A stretch of DNA of 64,000 nucleotides from Candidatus Uhrbacteria bacterium (GTDB lineage: Bacteria; Patescibacteriota; Patescibacteriia; UBA9934; GWF2-40-263), in assembly GCA_016188475.1 (NCBI GenBank), contig JACPHT010000007.1:16467-80466 (forward strand). The letters run 5' to 3'. The notes beneath the pieces were generated by a model. The model saw only the letters and a list, made by a program, of their open reading frames with translations. It was not told the DNA's origin and did no database searches. Within the stretch, counting starts at the first letter, position 1, and every line of letters begins with the position of its first letter. Below are positions 47,181 to 55,827 of this stretch, in pieces. The position numbers and the translations under genes were made by a program.

Positions 47181-47539
47181 AAATTGTCCTCCTTTGTCCT
47201 CATTTGTCCTCCTTTGTCTTCTTCTTCCACTGCCAACTTTCTCACCAGCTTCGTTATCTCACGCTCAACATCTTCAATTTTTCCAAAAAGCCGAAATATC
47301 AAATAGAATAAAGCGATGAGCGAAATATAAATTACAAAATCCGCGCCGCGTCCTACTCCGACAAGTTTCGCAATAACATCAGTTGTTTGAGGTGATATCG
47401 CAACACCACCAACCACAATCCAAAATACAATCCAAAAAATAAGCCACGCGATCGAAAGTGCTCCTTGTCGAAACTGACGAAGCGTCCGCGAGATCGCGAA
47501 CAAAGCAAATAGAAGAATGAAGATTTGGATGAGGGACAT
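47177..47539 (-). CDS. DUF2304-like small membrane protein. Its C-terminal tail (EEEDKGGQ..) is encoded by the 10-bp repeat.
   Basis: Two TM helices. The context after a GT2 gene is typical for this family. Confidence 0.5.
   Translation of the reverse strand: MSLIQIFILLFALFAISRTLRQFRQGALSIAWLIFWIVFWIVVGGVAISPQTTDVIAKLVGVGRGADFVIYISLIALFYLIFRLFGKIEDVEREITKLVRKLAVEEEDKGGQMRTKEDNL
47186..47229. repeat. About 4 units of the 10-bp repeat GTCCTCCTTT. Same repeat as in dnaX.
   Basis: Direct reading. Confidence 0.75.
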
Positions 47540-47542
47540 AGG

Positions 47543-47577
47543 GAAAAATCTGAAAGGACCGAAAGGTCGGAAATGTC
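47543..47577. repeat. About 4 units of the 9-bp repeat GAAAGGWCN.
   Basis: Direct reading. Intergenic. Confidence 0.7.
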
Positions 47578-47588
47578 AAAAAAAACAA

Positions 47589-48254
47589 TTACTGTCGGAT
47601 GCGGCGCAAGACTAGTTTAACCAACGTTTTCAAACCAACTGTAAAACTTTGCCCTTTTGAAAGCGAGTAATCAGTGTAGATTGCCTTAATCGGAACTTCT
47701 GCCAAAGTGAGTTTACGACGTCTTGCTTCAGCAATCAATTCAGATGAAACTTCCATGCGATTTGTCTGAATTTCAATCTGTCGTATAGCGTACGCTGTGA
47801 ACGCACGAAAACCGGATTGACTGTCTGTTACCAGTGCTCCAAATAAAAAAAACGTAACAATGTTTCCAAGCACGTTTGCCGCTTGACGATACCACGGCAT
47901 ATCTGTGCGTTTGAGCATTCGCGAGCCGATAACAACGTCCGCTCCTTTTTCAATCGCTTGAATGAACAATGGAATTTCTGATGGATCATGCTGACCGTCA
48001 GCGTCAAGAGTGACAACAATATCTGCTCCAAGTCGTTTTGCCATTTCAAAACCAGTTCCGATTGAAGCGCCAAGTCCGCGATTGATCACATGGCTTACAA
48101 CTATCGCGTTGTGTGCTCGTGCGATTTCCGCAGTTCTGTCACTTGATCCGTCATCTACAACAATAATTTGATCAACAAATGGCCGAGTGTTCGTAAGAAC
48201 CTCGGCAATAGTTTTTTCTTCGTTGAAAGCTGGAATGATGGCGATTGTTCTCAT
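47589..48254 (-). CDS. Glycosyltransferase family 2 (dolichol-phosphate mannosyltransferase-like).
   Basis: IIPAFNEEKTI...VVDDGSSDRT...LDADGQHDP. Confidence 0.75.
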   Translation of the reverse strand: MRTIAIIPAFNEEKTIAEVLTNTRPFVDQIIVVDDGSSDRTAEIARAHNAIVVSHVINRGLGASIGTGFEMAKRLGADIVVTLDADGQHDPSEIPLFIQAIEKGADVVIGSRMLKRTDMPWYRQAANVLGNIVTFFLFGALVTDSQSGFRAFTAYAIRQIEIQTNRMEVSSELIAEARRRKLTLAEVPIKAIYTDYSLSKGQSFTVGLKTLVKLVLRRIRQ

Positions 48255-48308
48255 AGCTGTTAGCTTTTAGGCCAATCGGATTTTCATCCTAATGGTCGGT
48301 ATCTATAA

Positions 48309-48384
48309 GGGAGTGGCTTGCGCCATGTTGTAGGGAACAGCGGCGACAGTCCGCTGGCCCGGAGACATGGTGCAAGTCACTCCC
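48309..48384. repeat. GC-rich inverted-repeat element in reverse orientation. Arms are GGGAGTGGCTTGCGCCATG / CATGGTGCAAGTCACTCCC.
   Basis: The core is GGAACAGCGGCGACAGTCCG, the reverse complement of the family core. Confidence 0.7.
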
Positions 48385-49400
48385 TACAAACTACTCAACA
48401 GTATCTTATTTGCCTTCATATACTCAATCGTTCGCGCGAGTCCATCCTCAAGGCGAACCAACGGAAACCACCCTAACTCTTTTGCGCGATCAATTCTAGG
48501 CAAAGAAAGTTCGGAAAGAAACACAAAACTTTCTCCTTCGGTTATTGTTGAAGTTGAATTTGTCATTTCAATAATCTTTTGCGCGACTTCCAACATTGAA
48601 TTATCAACGTCGCTTCCGATATTTGTCGGACCCGGATCTTGCGACGCGTCCATCAACCTAAACAAACAATCAACAACATCTGAAACATAAACAAGCGATG
48701 TTCGAAATTCTTTTCCTCCAAATAGAATAACTTCTTTCCCATCAAGCGCGTTCAAAATAAAATCTGGAATAAGGTGGCCGTCAAATAGTGGCATGCGAGG
48801 ACCATAAGTTCTGAAGATTCTCGCAATTCGAATGTCGATTCCGTGAACCTGACGATAAGTTTCAAACATTGTTTCAGAAAAACGCTTGCCCTCATCGTAA
48901 CACGCTCGAGGGGAAAGATGATTTACGATTCCGGTTTCTTCTTCACTTACACGCGGCTTCCCTTCTTTTCTTTCTCCATACACAACCGAACTTGATGCGA
49001 GTAAAATTTTCGCGCGATACTTTTTTGCAAGCTCAAGCGCATGATAAGTTCCGATAGAGCTTGAAAGAAGTGTTTGAATTTTATATTGATCAAATTGTTT
49101 GATTGATGTCGGACATGCCAAATGATAAATTTCTTGAATTCCCTGAAACGGCAACTTAAATGCCGCTAGCTCTGGAAATGATTCGAGATCAAACGGCTGG
49201 TTCACATCAAGTTTAATAAAACGAAAATTCGAATTTTGAAGAAGCAGATCGATATTCTTCGGATTGCTTGTTGCAAAATTGTCAACACAAATAACCCGAT
49301 GTCCGTCTTTGACCAATTGCTCGCAAAGAAAAGAACCAATAAAACCGGCTCCGCCTGTTATAAGAATGTTTTTATTAGAGAAAGAAGTTTGTACTGGCAT
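48384..49400 (-). CDS. NAD-dependent epimerase/dehydratase, UDP-glucuronate decarboxylase (UXS)-like.
   Basis: ITGGAGFIGS motif and YDEGKR (the YxxxK of UXS-type enzymes). Length is 338 aa. Confidence 0.75.
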   Translation of the reverse strand: MPVQTSFSNKNILITGGAGFIGSFLCEQLVKDGHRVICVDNFATSNPKNIDLLLQNSNFRFIKLDVNQPFDLESFPELAAFKLPFQGIQEIYHLACPTSIKQFDQYKIQTLLSSSIGTYHALELAKKYRAKILLASSSVVYGERKEGKPRVSEEETGIVNHLSPRACYDEGKRFSETMFETYRQVHGIDIRIARIFRTYGPRMPLFDGHLIPDFILNALDGKEVILFGGKEFRTSLVYVSDVVDCLFRLMDASQDPGPTNIGSDVDNSMLEVAQKIIEMTNSTSTITEGESFVFLSELSLPRIDRAKELGWFPLVRLEDGLARTIEYMKANKILLSSL

Positions 49401-49444
49401 ACATCGATATTATAATTGAATCCTTTGTTCTTATCCACTCTAAA

Positions 49445-49574
49445 CCATTGTTTGTTGTAGTAGAGACAGACGGGCCGACTTTTTCTTGGCCTTGTACTAA
49501 TATTGAGCAGTTGCACCATGTCTCCGTGCCAACGGACTCTTCGCCGTTGTTCACTCCGACATGGCGCAACCGCT
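49445..49574. repeat. Composite element made of a GTAGAGACAGACGGG..CTTTTTCTTGGCCTT module (also at 4083-4173) joined head-to-head to a GC-rich inverted-repeat element (arms GAGCAGTTGCACCATG / CATGGCGCAACCGCTC).
   Basis: Direct reading. Confidence 0.65.
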
Positions 49575-49651
49575 CATTTCAATCTTTTTTTTAGGCGCTA
49601 TGCAAGCGGGGTCAAGAGATCCAGCCCATGTCTTTTGTTAACCTAAAATTG

Positions 49652-51235
49652 TTAAAAATTCGCATCAAGTCCAGCCACTGACTTTTTCTCTGTTGCGACG
49701 TCGTAATCCGAAGTCGAATTGATCTTCAAACCAAACGTGTAATTTCCAACAAATGCGTCGGAAATATCATCGATCTGTTTGTTCCATGTTGAGCCATACA
49801 GTTCTGTTGCTATTTGTTCGGACGCTATCGCTCGCAGTTCTCCTTTTTTTGACACTGTATAAACAGTTGGCACTGTTTGAAACTTCACCATTTTTGTTCC
49901 AGGATGATATGTCACATTTTTCCCAAGTTGGAGTGAGGACATGAATGAAGAAGAAACTTCTTTCACGTTGTTGAAATTATCAAACCAAGTGAAAAAAACT
50001 TTATCGTTTGGAAATGAGTGACGCTTTCCGTCTGACGCATAAAAATAAACAGCTCGACATGGATCGTCCGCTTTTGTTTCTCCAACGCACGAGAGTTTTA
50101 TTAGAGAATTTTGTTCAACAGAAACAGCCGCGTTGCTTATATCTATTTTCGCAAACGATGGTGCCATAACGAACGCTTGCGCAATATTTAATCGCCCTGT
50201 TCCAACTTTTCCTTTTGCATCACCAGTTGAAATAACAGGACTCGCGGATAAACGTAAAATCGTTTCGATATCGCTCGGACCAAGAATCGGATAAGATGAT
50301 TTCAAAAGCGCGGCCGCTCCCGCAACCATTGGCACCGCCATTGAAGTTCCGGCCCAACCATTTGCATAATATGCAGACGAAAAATCTCTTTGATTGTCAT
50401 CTTGAAATGTTGTGCTAAAAATGTTTTCACCGGGCGCTGAAATGTCAGTGCATGTGGAACCGTAATTGGAAAAATCGGATTTCGTGTCGTTTTCGTCACT
50501 TGACGCAACTCCGATTACCCAGTCAGCGTTTCCTCCGTCACCATGACATGCTGGATAAATAGGTTTGTCATCAACGTTTATTCCACCACCCTTGGTGTTG
50601 CCGACCGCCGCGACAATTACAACTCCAGCTTCATACGCTTCTTTAATCGCATCCTTAAAAGATGGGTCAACTTCAAAACCAGTAAAACTCAAGTTGATTA
50701 CATTAGCTCCGTTTGCAACCGCATACTGAATTGCTTCTTTCGCTACAACAGATCCACCGATTCCGTTGTTGTCTAAAATTCTCAAATTCATCATCCTCAC
50801 ATGCCAGTTTATTCCTGCGATTCCATTTGCATTATTTCCAACAGCGCCAATTATTCCTGCTATAACAGTCCCGTGAGGAATGGCTGAATCGTCGTATGGT
50901 AAATTGAACGATGGAATTGGACTTGCGTCATCATCAACGAAATCATATCCGTTTACATCATCAATGTAACCATTTTTGTCATTATCAATTCCGTCACCAG
51001 CAGTTTCATCACCGTTTACCCAAACATTACCAACAAGATCGGGATGATCCATGTCAAAACCTGTATCAAGAATCGCGACAACAACATCTGTTGAACCAAT
51101 GTTGGAATCCCAAGCTTGTTCTAATTCCATTTTTTTCAAATACCATTGTTGTGAAAAATAAAAATCATTAGGTGTTAGTGCGAACGCTGGAAATGCAAAT
51201 GTTGCGCAAAAAAAGATCACGAAAAAATATCGCAT
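49652..51235 (-). CDS. Secreted subtilisin-like serine peptidase (S8) with a C-terminal ~140-aa conserved surface domain.
   Basis: Asp (VAILDTGFD), His (HGTVIAGI) and Ser (GTSMAVPMVAG) catalytic motifs. Signal peptide present. Confidence 0.85.
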   Translation of the reverse strand: MRYFFVIFFCATFAFPAFALTPNDFYFSQQWYLKKMELEQAWDSNIGSTDVVVAILDTGFDMDHPDLVGNVWVNGDETAGDGIDNDKNGYIDDVNGYDFVDDDASPIPSFNLPYDDSAIPHGTVIAGIIGAVGNNANGIAGINWHVRMMNLRILDNNGIGGSVVAKEAIQYAVANGANVINLSFTGFEVDPSFKDAIKEAYEAGVVIVAAVGNTKGGGINVDDKPIYPACHGDGGNADWVIGVASSDENDTKSDFSNYGSTCTDISAPGENIFSTTFQDDNQRDFSSAYYANGWAGTSMAVPMVAGAAALLKSSYPILGPSDIETILRLSASPVISTGDAKGKVGTGRLNIAQAFVMAPSFAKIDISNAAVSVEQNSLIKLSCVGETKADDPCRAVYFYASDGKRHSFPNDKVFFTWFDNFNNVKEVSSSFMSSLQLGKNVTYHPGTKMVKFQTVPTVYTVSKKGELRAIASEQIATELYGSTWNKQIDDISDAFVGNYTFGLKINSTSDYDVATEKKSVAGLDANF

Positions 51236-51258
51236 AAAACTTCAAGCCAAATTTTATT

Positions 51259-51492
51259 CCTTGAGCTTGTCGAAGAGACAAAATTTGGTTAAATCATCTA
51301 CAGCCTTCGACAGGCTCAGGCAATAACTATTCATAACGCATTACCACCTTCGACAGGCTCAGGCAATAACTATTCATAACGCATTACCACCTTCGACAGG
51401 CTCAGGCAATAACTATTCATAACGCATTACCACCTTCGACAGGCTCAGGCAATAACTATTCATAACGCATTACGGCTCAGGCAATAATTTGC
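51259..51492. repeat. Tandem array of about 4.5 units of a 43-bp repeat CCTTCGACAGGCTCAGGCAATAACTATTCATAACGCATTACCA. A degenerate reverse-orientation copy precedes it.
   Basis: Direct reading. Units begin at 51304, 51347, 51390 and 51433. Confidence 0.85.
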
Positions 51493-51513
51493 AACATGCA
51501 AATTGTTTCTATT

Positions 51514-53553
51514 CTACCAGATCGCACAGGTTGCACCGAATCTGTTTGACAATGTAAATGGAAAAAATCCACCAAGAACAACGCCGTTATTTTCAAAAAT
51601 TCTCAAATGAGGACCGGCTTTTAACAAAGGCATTGTGTAAATTTCAGCGCGACCGTTTTGATCAATATCTCCTGAACACACTTTTGCTCCGACACTCGTT
51701 TTTTGTTGATAAGGCATGAAAAATGTCTCGCGTGTTCCTGTTGGTGAATATGTCTCGATAAACGAAACTTTTTTGATGAGCGAGCTAACTACGATTTCAT
51801 TTTGCCCATCGCCATCAATGTCGCTGGCTGAAATGGTTTGTCCTTTTGAATCTTTTGAGAGACTAAACTCTCGAACATAACGACCGTCGCCATCTGTAAT
51901 TCGAATCAAGGATTCATTTTTTTGTTGAAGCAAAAATATAAGTTCATTTGACGCGTCTTCATCCATATTCGCAATCGCAAGTTGAAGAACTGAATCAACA
52001 CGCCCAAATGGACGCAACATACCCTGAAGCTGTCCATAACGATTAAACATTCGCACATCTCCAATGCCTCCAGACTCTGAAACAACAAAAATTTCTGCGA
52101 TTCCATCCGCGTTCACATCACCTGAAAACACCAAAATTCCACCGCGATCCGATGGATCATAAGCAAAAAACTGCGAAAGCAATTTTCCATCTAAATCAAA
52201 AACTCGAACTTGTGGACCGCCGCCTTTCCTCGCGCCAGTAATAATTTCTTCTTTTCCATCGCCATTAACATCAGCCATTGCGAGCGAAACACCACCGCGA
52301 AAATTCTTGTTATAAGCCAAAAACGACCCTTGTTTTTCTCCGTGAGCGTTAACGCGGATGACGCGAGGTTCAGTTCCAGGACCTTCTGCCACAACAAGAG
52401 AACGAGAATGGTCTGTGTTTGTTTTGACAGGTGCGATTCCTTGACCTGTTGCAAAAACTTTCGCGGCTTGAAGCGCGTTCGCAATGTTCAATCTTCCGGA
52501 GCCAAGACGTTTGCGAGCTTCAACTGAAGTTTCCTTCACTGGATCAACAGAAAGTTTGAGAGACAAACGGATCTGTTCCGGAGTTAGCGATGGAAACGCG
52601 GATTTCAAAAGAGCAGCCGCGGCGCTGACCATTGGCGCGGCGATTGATGTTCCTTCCCATGGCGAACCATACGAAGTCGAGGTCAAAAGATTTGACGCGT
52701 CATTGTACACGCTCGAAAAAATGTTTGTGCCAGGAGCGCTTAAGTCAGTACATCTTTCTCCAAAATTAGAGAACGTCGCTTTTTGGTCATTTTTATCTGT
52801 TGCCGCAACACCGATTACAATTTCTTTGTTCAAAAGTGAATCGTAACACGCTGGATAACTTGGTTTTAGATTCACATCGCGATCGCCATTTCCTACTGCG
52901 GAAACCACCACAACACCTTGATCAACCGCCCACGCAATCGTCTTTGCAAAATTCATGTCAGATTGATCAGACGTAAAACTCAAATTGATAACTTGCGCGC
53001 CGTTTTTTACAGCGTATTCAATTGCTTGTCGCACATCATAAGTTGATCCAGCGCCTTTTTCGTTTAAGATTCGAAGTGGCATGATTGAAATTTTTTGATT
53101 AATACCAGCGATTCCGATTCCATTTTTTGTTTCAGCTCCGATAATTCCAGCGATCGCTGTTCCATGCGAAATGATTGTGTCATTGAACTCCTTGCTTATC
53201 ACAGGAGACGGGTCAGGATCACTGTCAACAAAATCCCATCCGATCGTGTCGTCTTCATATCCATTTCCGTCATCGTCTTTATGATTGTTCGGGATTTCCA
53301 ATTTATTGCGCCAATACTGATTTTCAAGGTCTTCATGATCAAGATCAAATCCGGCATCAAGAATCGCGACAATAACATCAGTAGAGCCAATGGTTTCCTG
53401 CCAAGCAAGCGAAACACCAATTTTATTCAAATACCATTGTTCATTGTAAAACGGATCGTTTTGAGATTTGGCAGATAAATGAAAAAAAGGCGTAAAAATC
53501 ACGCTAATTAGAATTAAAAAATAAAAACTGAATGCAAAAACAGACGCTTTCAT
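51514..53553 (-). CDS. Subtilisin-like S8 peptidase fused to C-terminal FG-GAP/VCBS repeats.
   Basis: S8 D/H/S motifs (AILDAGFD, HGTAIAGI, GTSIAAPMVS). FG-GAP-type repeats (DVNGDGKEEI, DVNADGIAEI). The start is reassigned to MKASVFAF at 53553. Confidence 0.8.
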   Translation of the reverse strand: MKASVFAFSFYFLILISVIFTPFFHLSAKSQNDPFYNEQWYLNKIGVSLAWQETIGSTDVIVAILDAGFDLDHEDLENQYWRNKLEIPNNHKDDDGNGYEDDTIGWDFVDSDPDPSPVISKEFNDTIISHGTAIAGIIGAETKNGIGIAGINQKISIMPLRILNEKGAGSTYDVRQAIEYAVKNGAQVINLSFTSDQSDMNFAKTIAWAVDQGVVVVSAVGNGDRDVNLKPSYPACYDSLLNKEIVIGVAATDKNDQKATFSNFGERCTDLSAPGTNIFSSVYNDASNLLTSTSYGSPWEGTSIAAPMVSAAAALLKSAFPSLTPEQIRLSLKLSVDPVKETSVEARKRLGSGRLNIANALQAAKVFATGQGIAPVKTNTDHSRSLVVAEGPGTEPRVIRVNAHGEKQGSFLAYNKNFRGGVSLAMADVNGDGKEEIITGARKGGGPQVRVFDLDGKLLSQFFAYDPSDRGGILVFSGDVNADGIAEIFVVSESGGIGDVRMFNRYGQLQGMLRPFGRVDSVLQLAIANMDEDASNELIFLLQQKNESLIRITDGDGRYVREFSLSKDSKGQTISASDIDGDGQNEIVVSSLIKKVSFIETYSPTGTRETFFMPYQQKTSVGAKVCSGDIDQNGRAEIYTMPLLKAGPHLRIFENNGVVLGGFFPFTLSNRFGATCAIW

Positions 53554-53613
53554 ATAGCGTCTGCATTGTAACATTGGTATCTTGTTTTCTCCAGATTCTG
53601 TATGGCGGTAGTT

Positions 53614-53688
53614 AAAGAGCGGTAGCACTATGTCTCCAGGCCATCGGACTGTCGCCGCTGTTCCTTTCGACATAGTGCTACCGCTCTT
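53614..53688. repeat. GC-rich inverted-repeat element. It has perfect 19-bp arms AAAGAGCGGTAGCACTATG / CATAGTGCTACCGCTCTTT, and the core is TCTCCAGGCCATCGGACTGTCGCCGCTGTTCCTTTCGA.
   Basis: Direct reading. Confidence 0.8.
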
Positions 53689-53750
53689 TGCTGTTATTTC
53701 GGTTTACCGGCAACCAATGTTAGTCCCCTTTGGAATTGGTACGACACTTG

Positions 53751-55214
53751 TTAAAAATTCGCATCAAGTCCAGCCACTGATGTTTTCTCTGTTGCGACGT
53801 CGTAATCTGAAGTCGAATTGATCTTCAAACCAAACGTATAATTTCCAACAAACGCGTCGGAAATATCATCGATCTGTTTGTTCCATGTTGAGCCATACAG
53901 TTCTGTTGCTATTTGTTCGGACGCGATTGCGCGTAATTCACCCTTCTTTGATACTGTATAAACAGTTGGCACTGTTTGAAACTTCACCATTTTTGTTCCA
54001 GGATGATATGTCACATTTTTCCCAAGTTGGAGTGAGGACATGAATGAAGAAGAAACTTCTTTCACACTGTCAAAGTTATCAAACCATGTAAAAAAAACTT
54101 TGTCGTTTGGAAACGCATGACGCTTCCCGTCTGACGCATAAAAATAAACTGCTTTACATGGATCATTTATTTGAGCGTTTACTTGACAGGCGAGTTTGAT
54201 GAGATTCCCAGCCACAGCTTCAGCCGTACCCCCTTCGACTGGCTCAGGGGATATTACTGTATCTACTGGCGTTTCCGTAACCGCTTCCCATTTCAATATC
54301 ACTGACTGATAATCATCTTTTGTGCCAGCAATCCAAAGTTCGTTCGTTGATGGATAATAAACATCACGGAGTGTGAAATTTTGCGGTGTATAATCTGTTG
54401 CTGTCCAAGTTTTTCCTCCATCTTGCGATCGAACAATAATTTTGTCGCCGACAATCACAATATCATCGCCAACTGCTTCAATGTCATAAAGCGTTTGTGT
54501 TGAAAGTCCGCTTACTGAAATCGTTGACCACGAATATCCGCTATCTGTTGTTTTTCGAATCGTTCCATTTTTTCCAACAACATATCCAGACGAAGAACTT
54601 GTAAACCAAACAGCAAGCAAATCTGTGTCAGTCGCCTTTCCTTTATTTGTCCACGTAATTCCAGAATCTGTTGTTTTTAACAATATCCCTTCTGAACCGA
54701 CAACCCACGCTGTTCCGTCACCACGATCTTGCACACCGAACAACGCAAGTGTCGTATTCGAAGTTGTTGTGTTCCATGTATCTGTATTTGAACCGTAATA
54801 TAAAATCCTGCCGTTTGTTCCAACAATGTACCCATGTTCAGAAGAAGCATCAATATCATAAAAAGTATCAGTGATTTCAAGTTTCCTTTGACTCCACGTC
54901 AAACCATTATTTGTTGATTCACGCAAGGTTCCACCTTCTCCAACCGCTCGGACTGTTGTTCCTGTTGTTTCAATATCTTGCCAATAAACATTTCCGCTTT
55001 GATCATACACAGTCCAAGTGTTTCCATTGTCAGTTGAACGAATGATGTTGCTTCCGTTTCCAACAGCAAAATAATTATCACCGGCTTTTGTAATACCTTG
55101 CAGACCTTGAATTGTTCCTTTTTCTTTTTCAATCCAACCTGAAGCGTGAGTCGGAAGAGAGATAAAAAACAATAAGACAAAAATCATTGATCTAATAAAA
55201 AAACGGTTCTTCAT
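53751..55214 (-). CDS. Secreted BNR/Asp-box repeat beta-propeller protein. It carries the same C-terminal ~140-aa domain as the S8 peptidase at 49652-51235.
   Basis: Multiple S/T-x-D-x-G-x-T-W boxes (STDNGNTW, STNNGLTW, TTDSGITW, TTDSGYSW, SQDGGKTW). Signal peptide present. Confidence 0.65.
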   Translation of the reverse strand: MKNRFFIRSMIFVLLFFISLPTHASGWIEKEKGTIQGLQGITKAGDNYFAVGNGSNIIRSTDNGNTWTVYDQSGNVYWQDIETTGTTVRAVGEGGTLRESTNNGLTWSQRKLEITDTFYDIDASSEHGYIVGTNGRILYYGSNTDTWNTTTSNTTLALFGVQDRGDGTAWVVGSEGILLKTTDSGITWTNKGKATDTDLLAVWFTSSSSGYVVGKNGTIRKTTDSGYSWSTISVSGLSTQTLYDIEAVGDDIVIVGDKIIVRSQDGGKTWTATDYTPQNFTLRDVYYPSTNELWIAGTKDDYQSVILKWEAVTETPVDTVISPEPVEGGTAEAVAGNLIKLACQVNAQINDPCKAVYFYASDGKRHAFPNDKVFFTWFDNFDSVKEVSSSFMSSLQLGKNVTYHPGTKMVKFQTVPTVYTVSKKGELRAIASEQIATELYGSTWNKQIDDISDAFVGNYTFGLKINSTSDYDVATEKTSVAGLDANF

Positions 55215-55591
55215 ATATCTAATTTATTTTCGATAACTTCAAGCCGATCTTCGTGTCGAAGATACTGGCTTCTTTGCATTAAAAGTTCCTGTTCAAATGT
55301 TATGTGCCGAATAGCGATCGCGTCAATTGCTGTAAGGATCTCATCCTTAAATCCAATCATCTCATCTTTTGTAACAAAATTTCGCATTTCGTATCGAAGA
55401 TTAAATTCCAAGTCCTTAAGATCATCTTTCGTTGCAAAACGTTCGAATTCTTTTTTGAGTTCGTCCTTTGTAGCGAAAGACTTAAGTTCGATCCTTATTT
55501 CATTAATGTCGCCCTTGATTTCATCAACGTCGCCTTTGATTTCATCAATGGACTTTTGAAGTTTATTTATCTTTGTTTCTTGTATTGACAT
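55211..55591 (-). CDS. Hypothetical coiled-coil protein.
   Basis: Heptad-like EIKGDVDEIKGDINEIRIELK. The start is reassigned to MSIQETK at 55591. The ORF-track N-terminus translates repeat elements. Confidence 0.4.
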   Translation of the reverse strand: MSIQETKINKLQKSIDEIKGDVDEIKGDINEIRIELKSFATKDELKKEFERFATKDDLKDLEFNLRYEMRNFVTKDEMIGFKDEILTAIDAIAIRHITFEQELLMQRSQYLRHEDRLEVIENKLDI

Positions 55592-55660
55592 ATCTTGTTT
55601 TGATTGTAACAAATTATTTTGATTAAAAAAATCCCCCCAACGCACATTGGGAGGATAAAG

Positions 55661-55740
55661 CATTATTGCCTGAGCAAAGTCGAAGGCTGTAGATGATTTA
55701 TTCAAATTTCATCCCTTCGACAGGCTCAGGGAATAAAATT
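55661..55740. repeat. Inverted pair of TTCGACAGGCTCA-type motifs (CCTGAGCAAAGTCGAAGG ... CCCTTCGACAGGCTCAGGG).
   Basis: Direct reading. Confidence 0.7.
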
Positions 55741-55827
55741 TGACTATCTTACGAGAATTTTCTTGTTTGTCAATCAGAGGATGTTGATAACATTAAGAGA
55801 TCCTTCGCGGAGTTTACCCTGAACGAA

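Noticed and set aside
48309-49574. Integron attC-like sites (imperfect inverted repeats at cassette-like gene boundaries)
   Set aside because: No integron integrase is in the window, and no conserved RYYYAAC/GTTRRRY core sites bound the elements. The copies carry a long conserved GC-rich core, unlike attC sites, which conserve structure but not sequence. Kept only as a remote possibility.
51259-51492. Possible CRISPR array
   Set aside because: The repeated unit is the entire 43-bp period with no unique spacers between repeats. There are no cas genes in the window. It is a tandem minisatellite, not a CRISPR.
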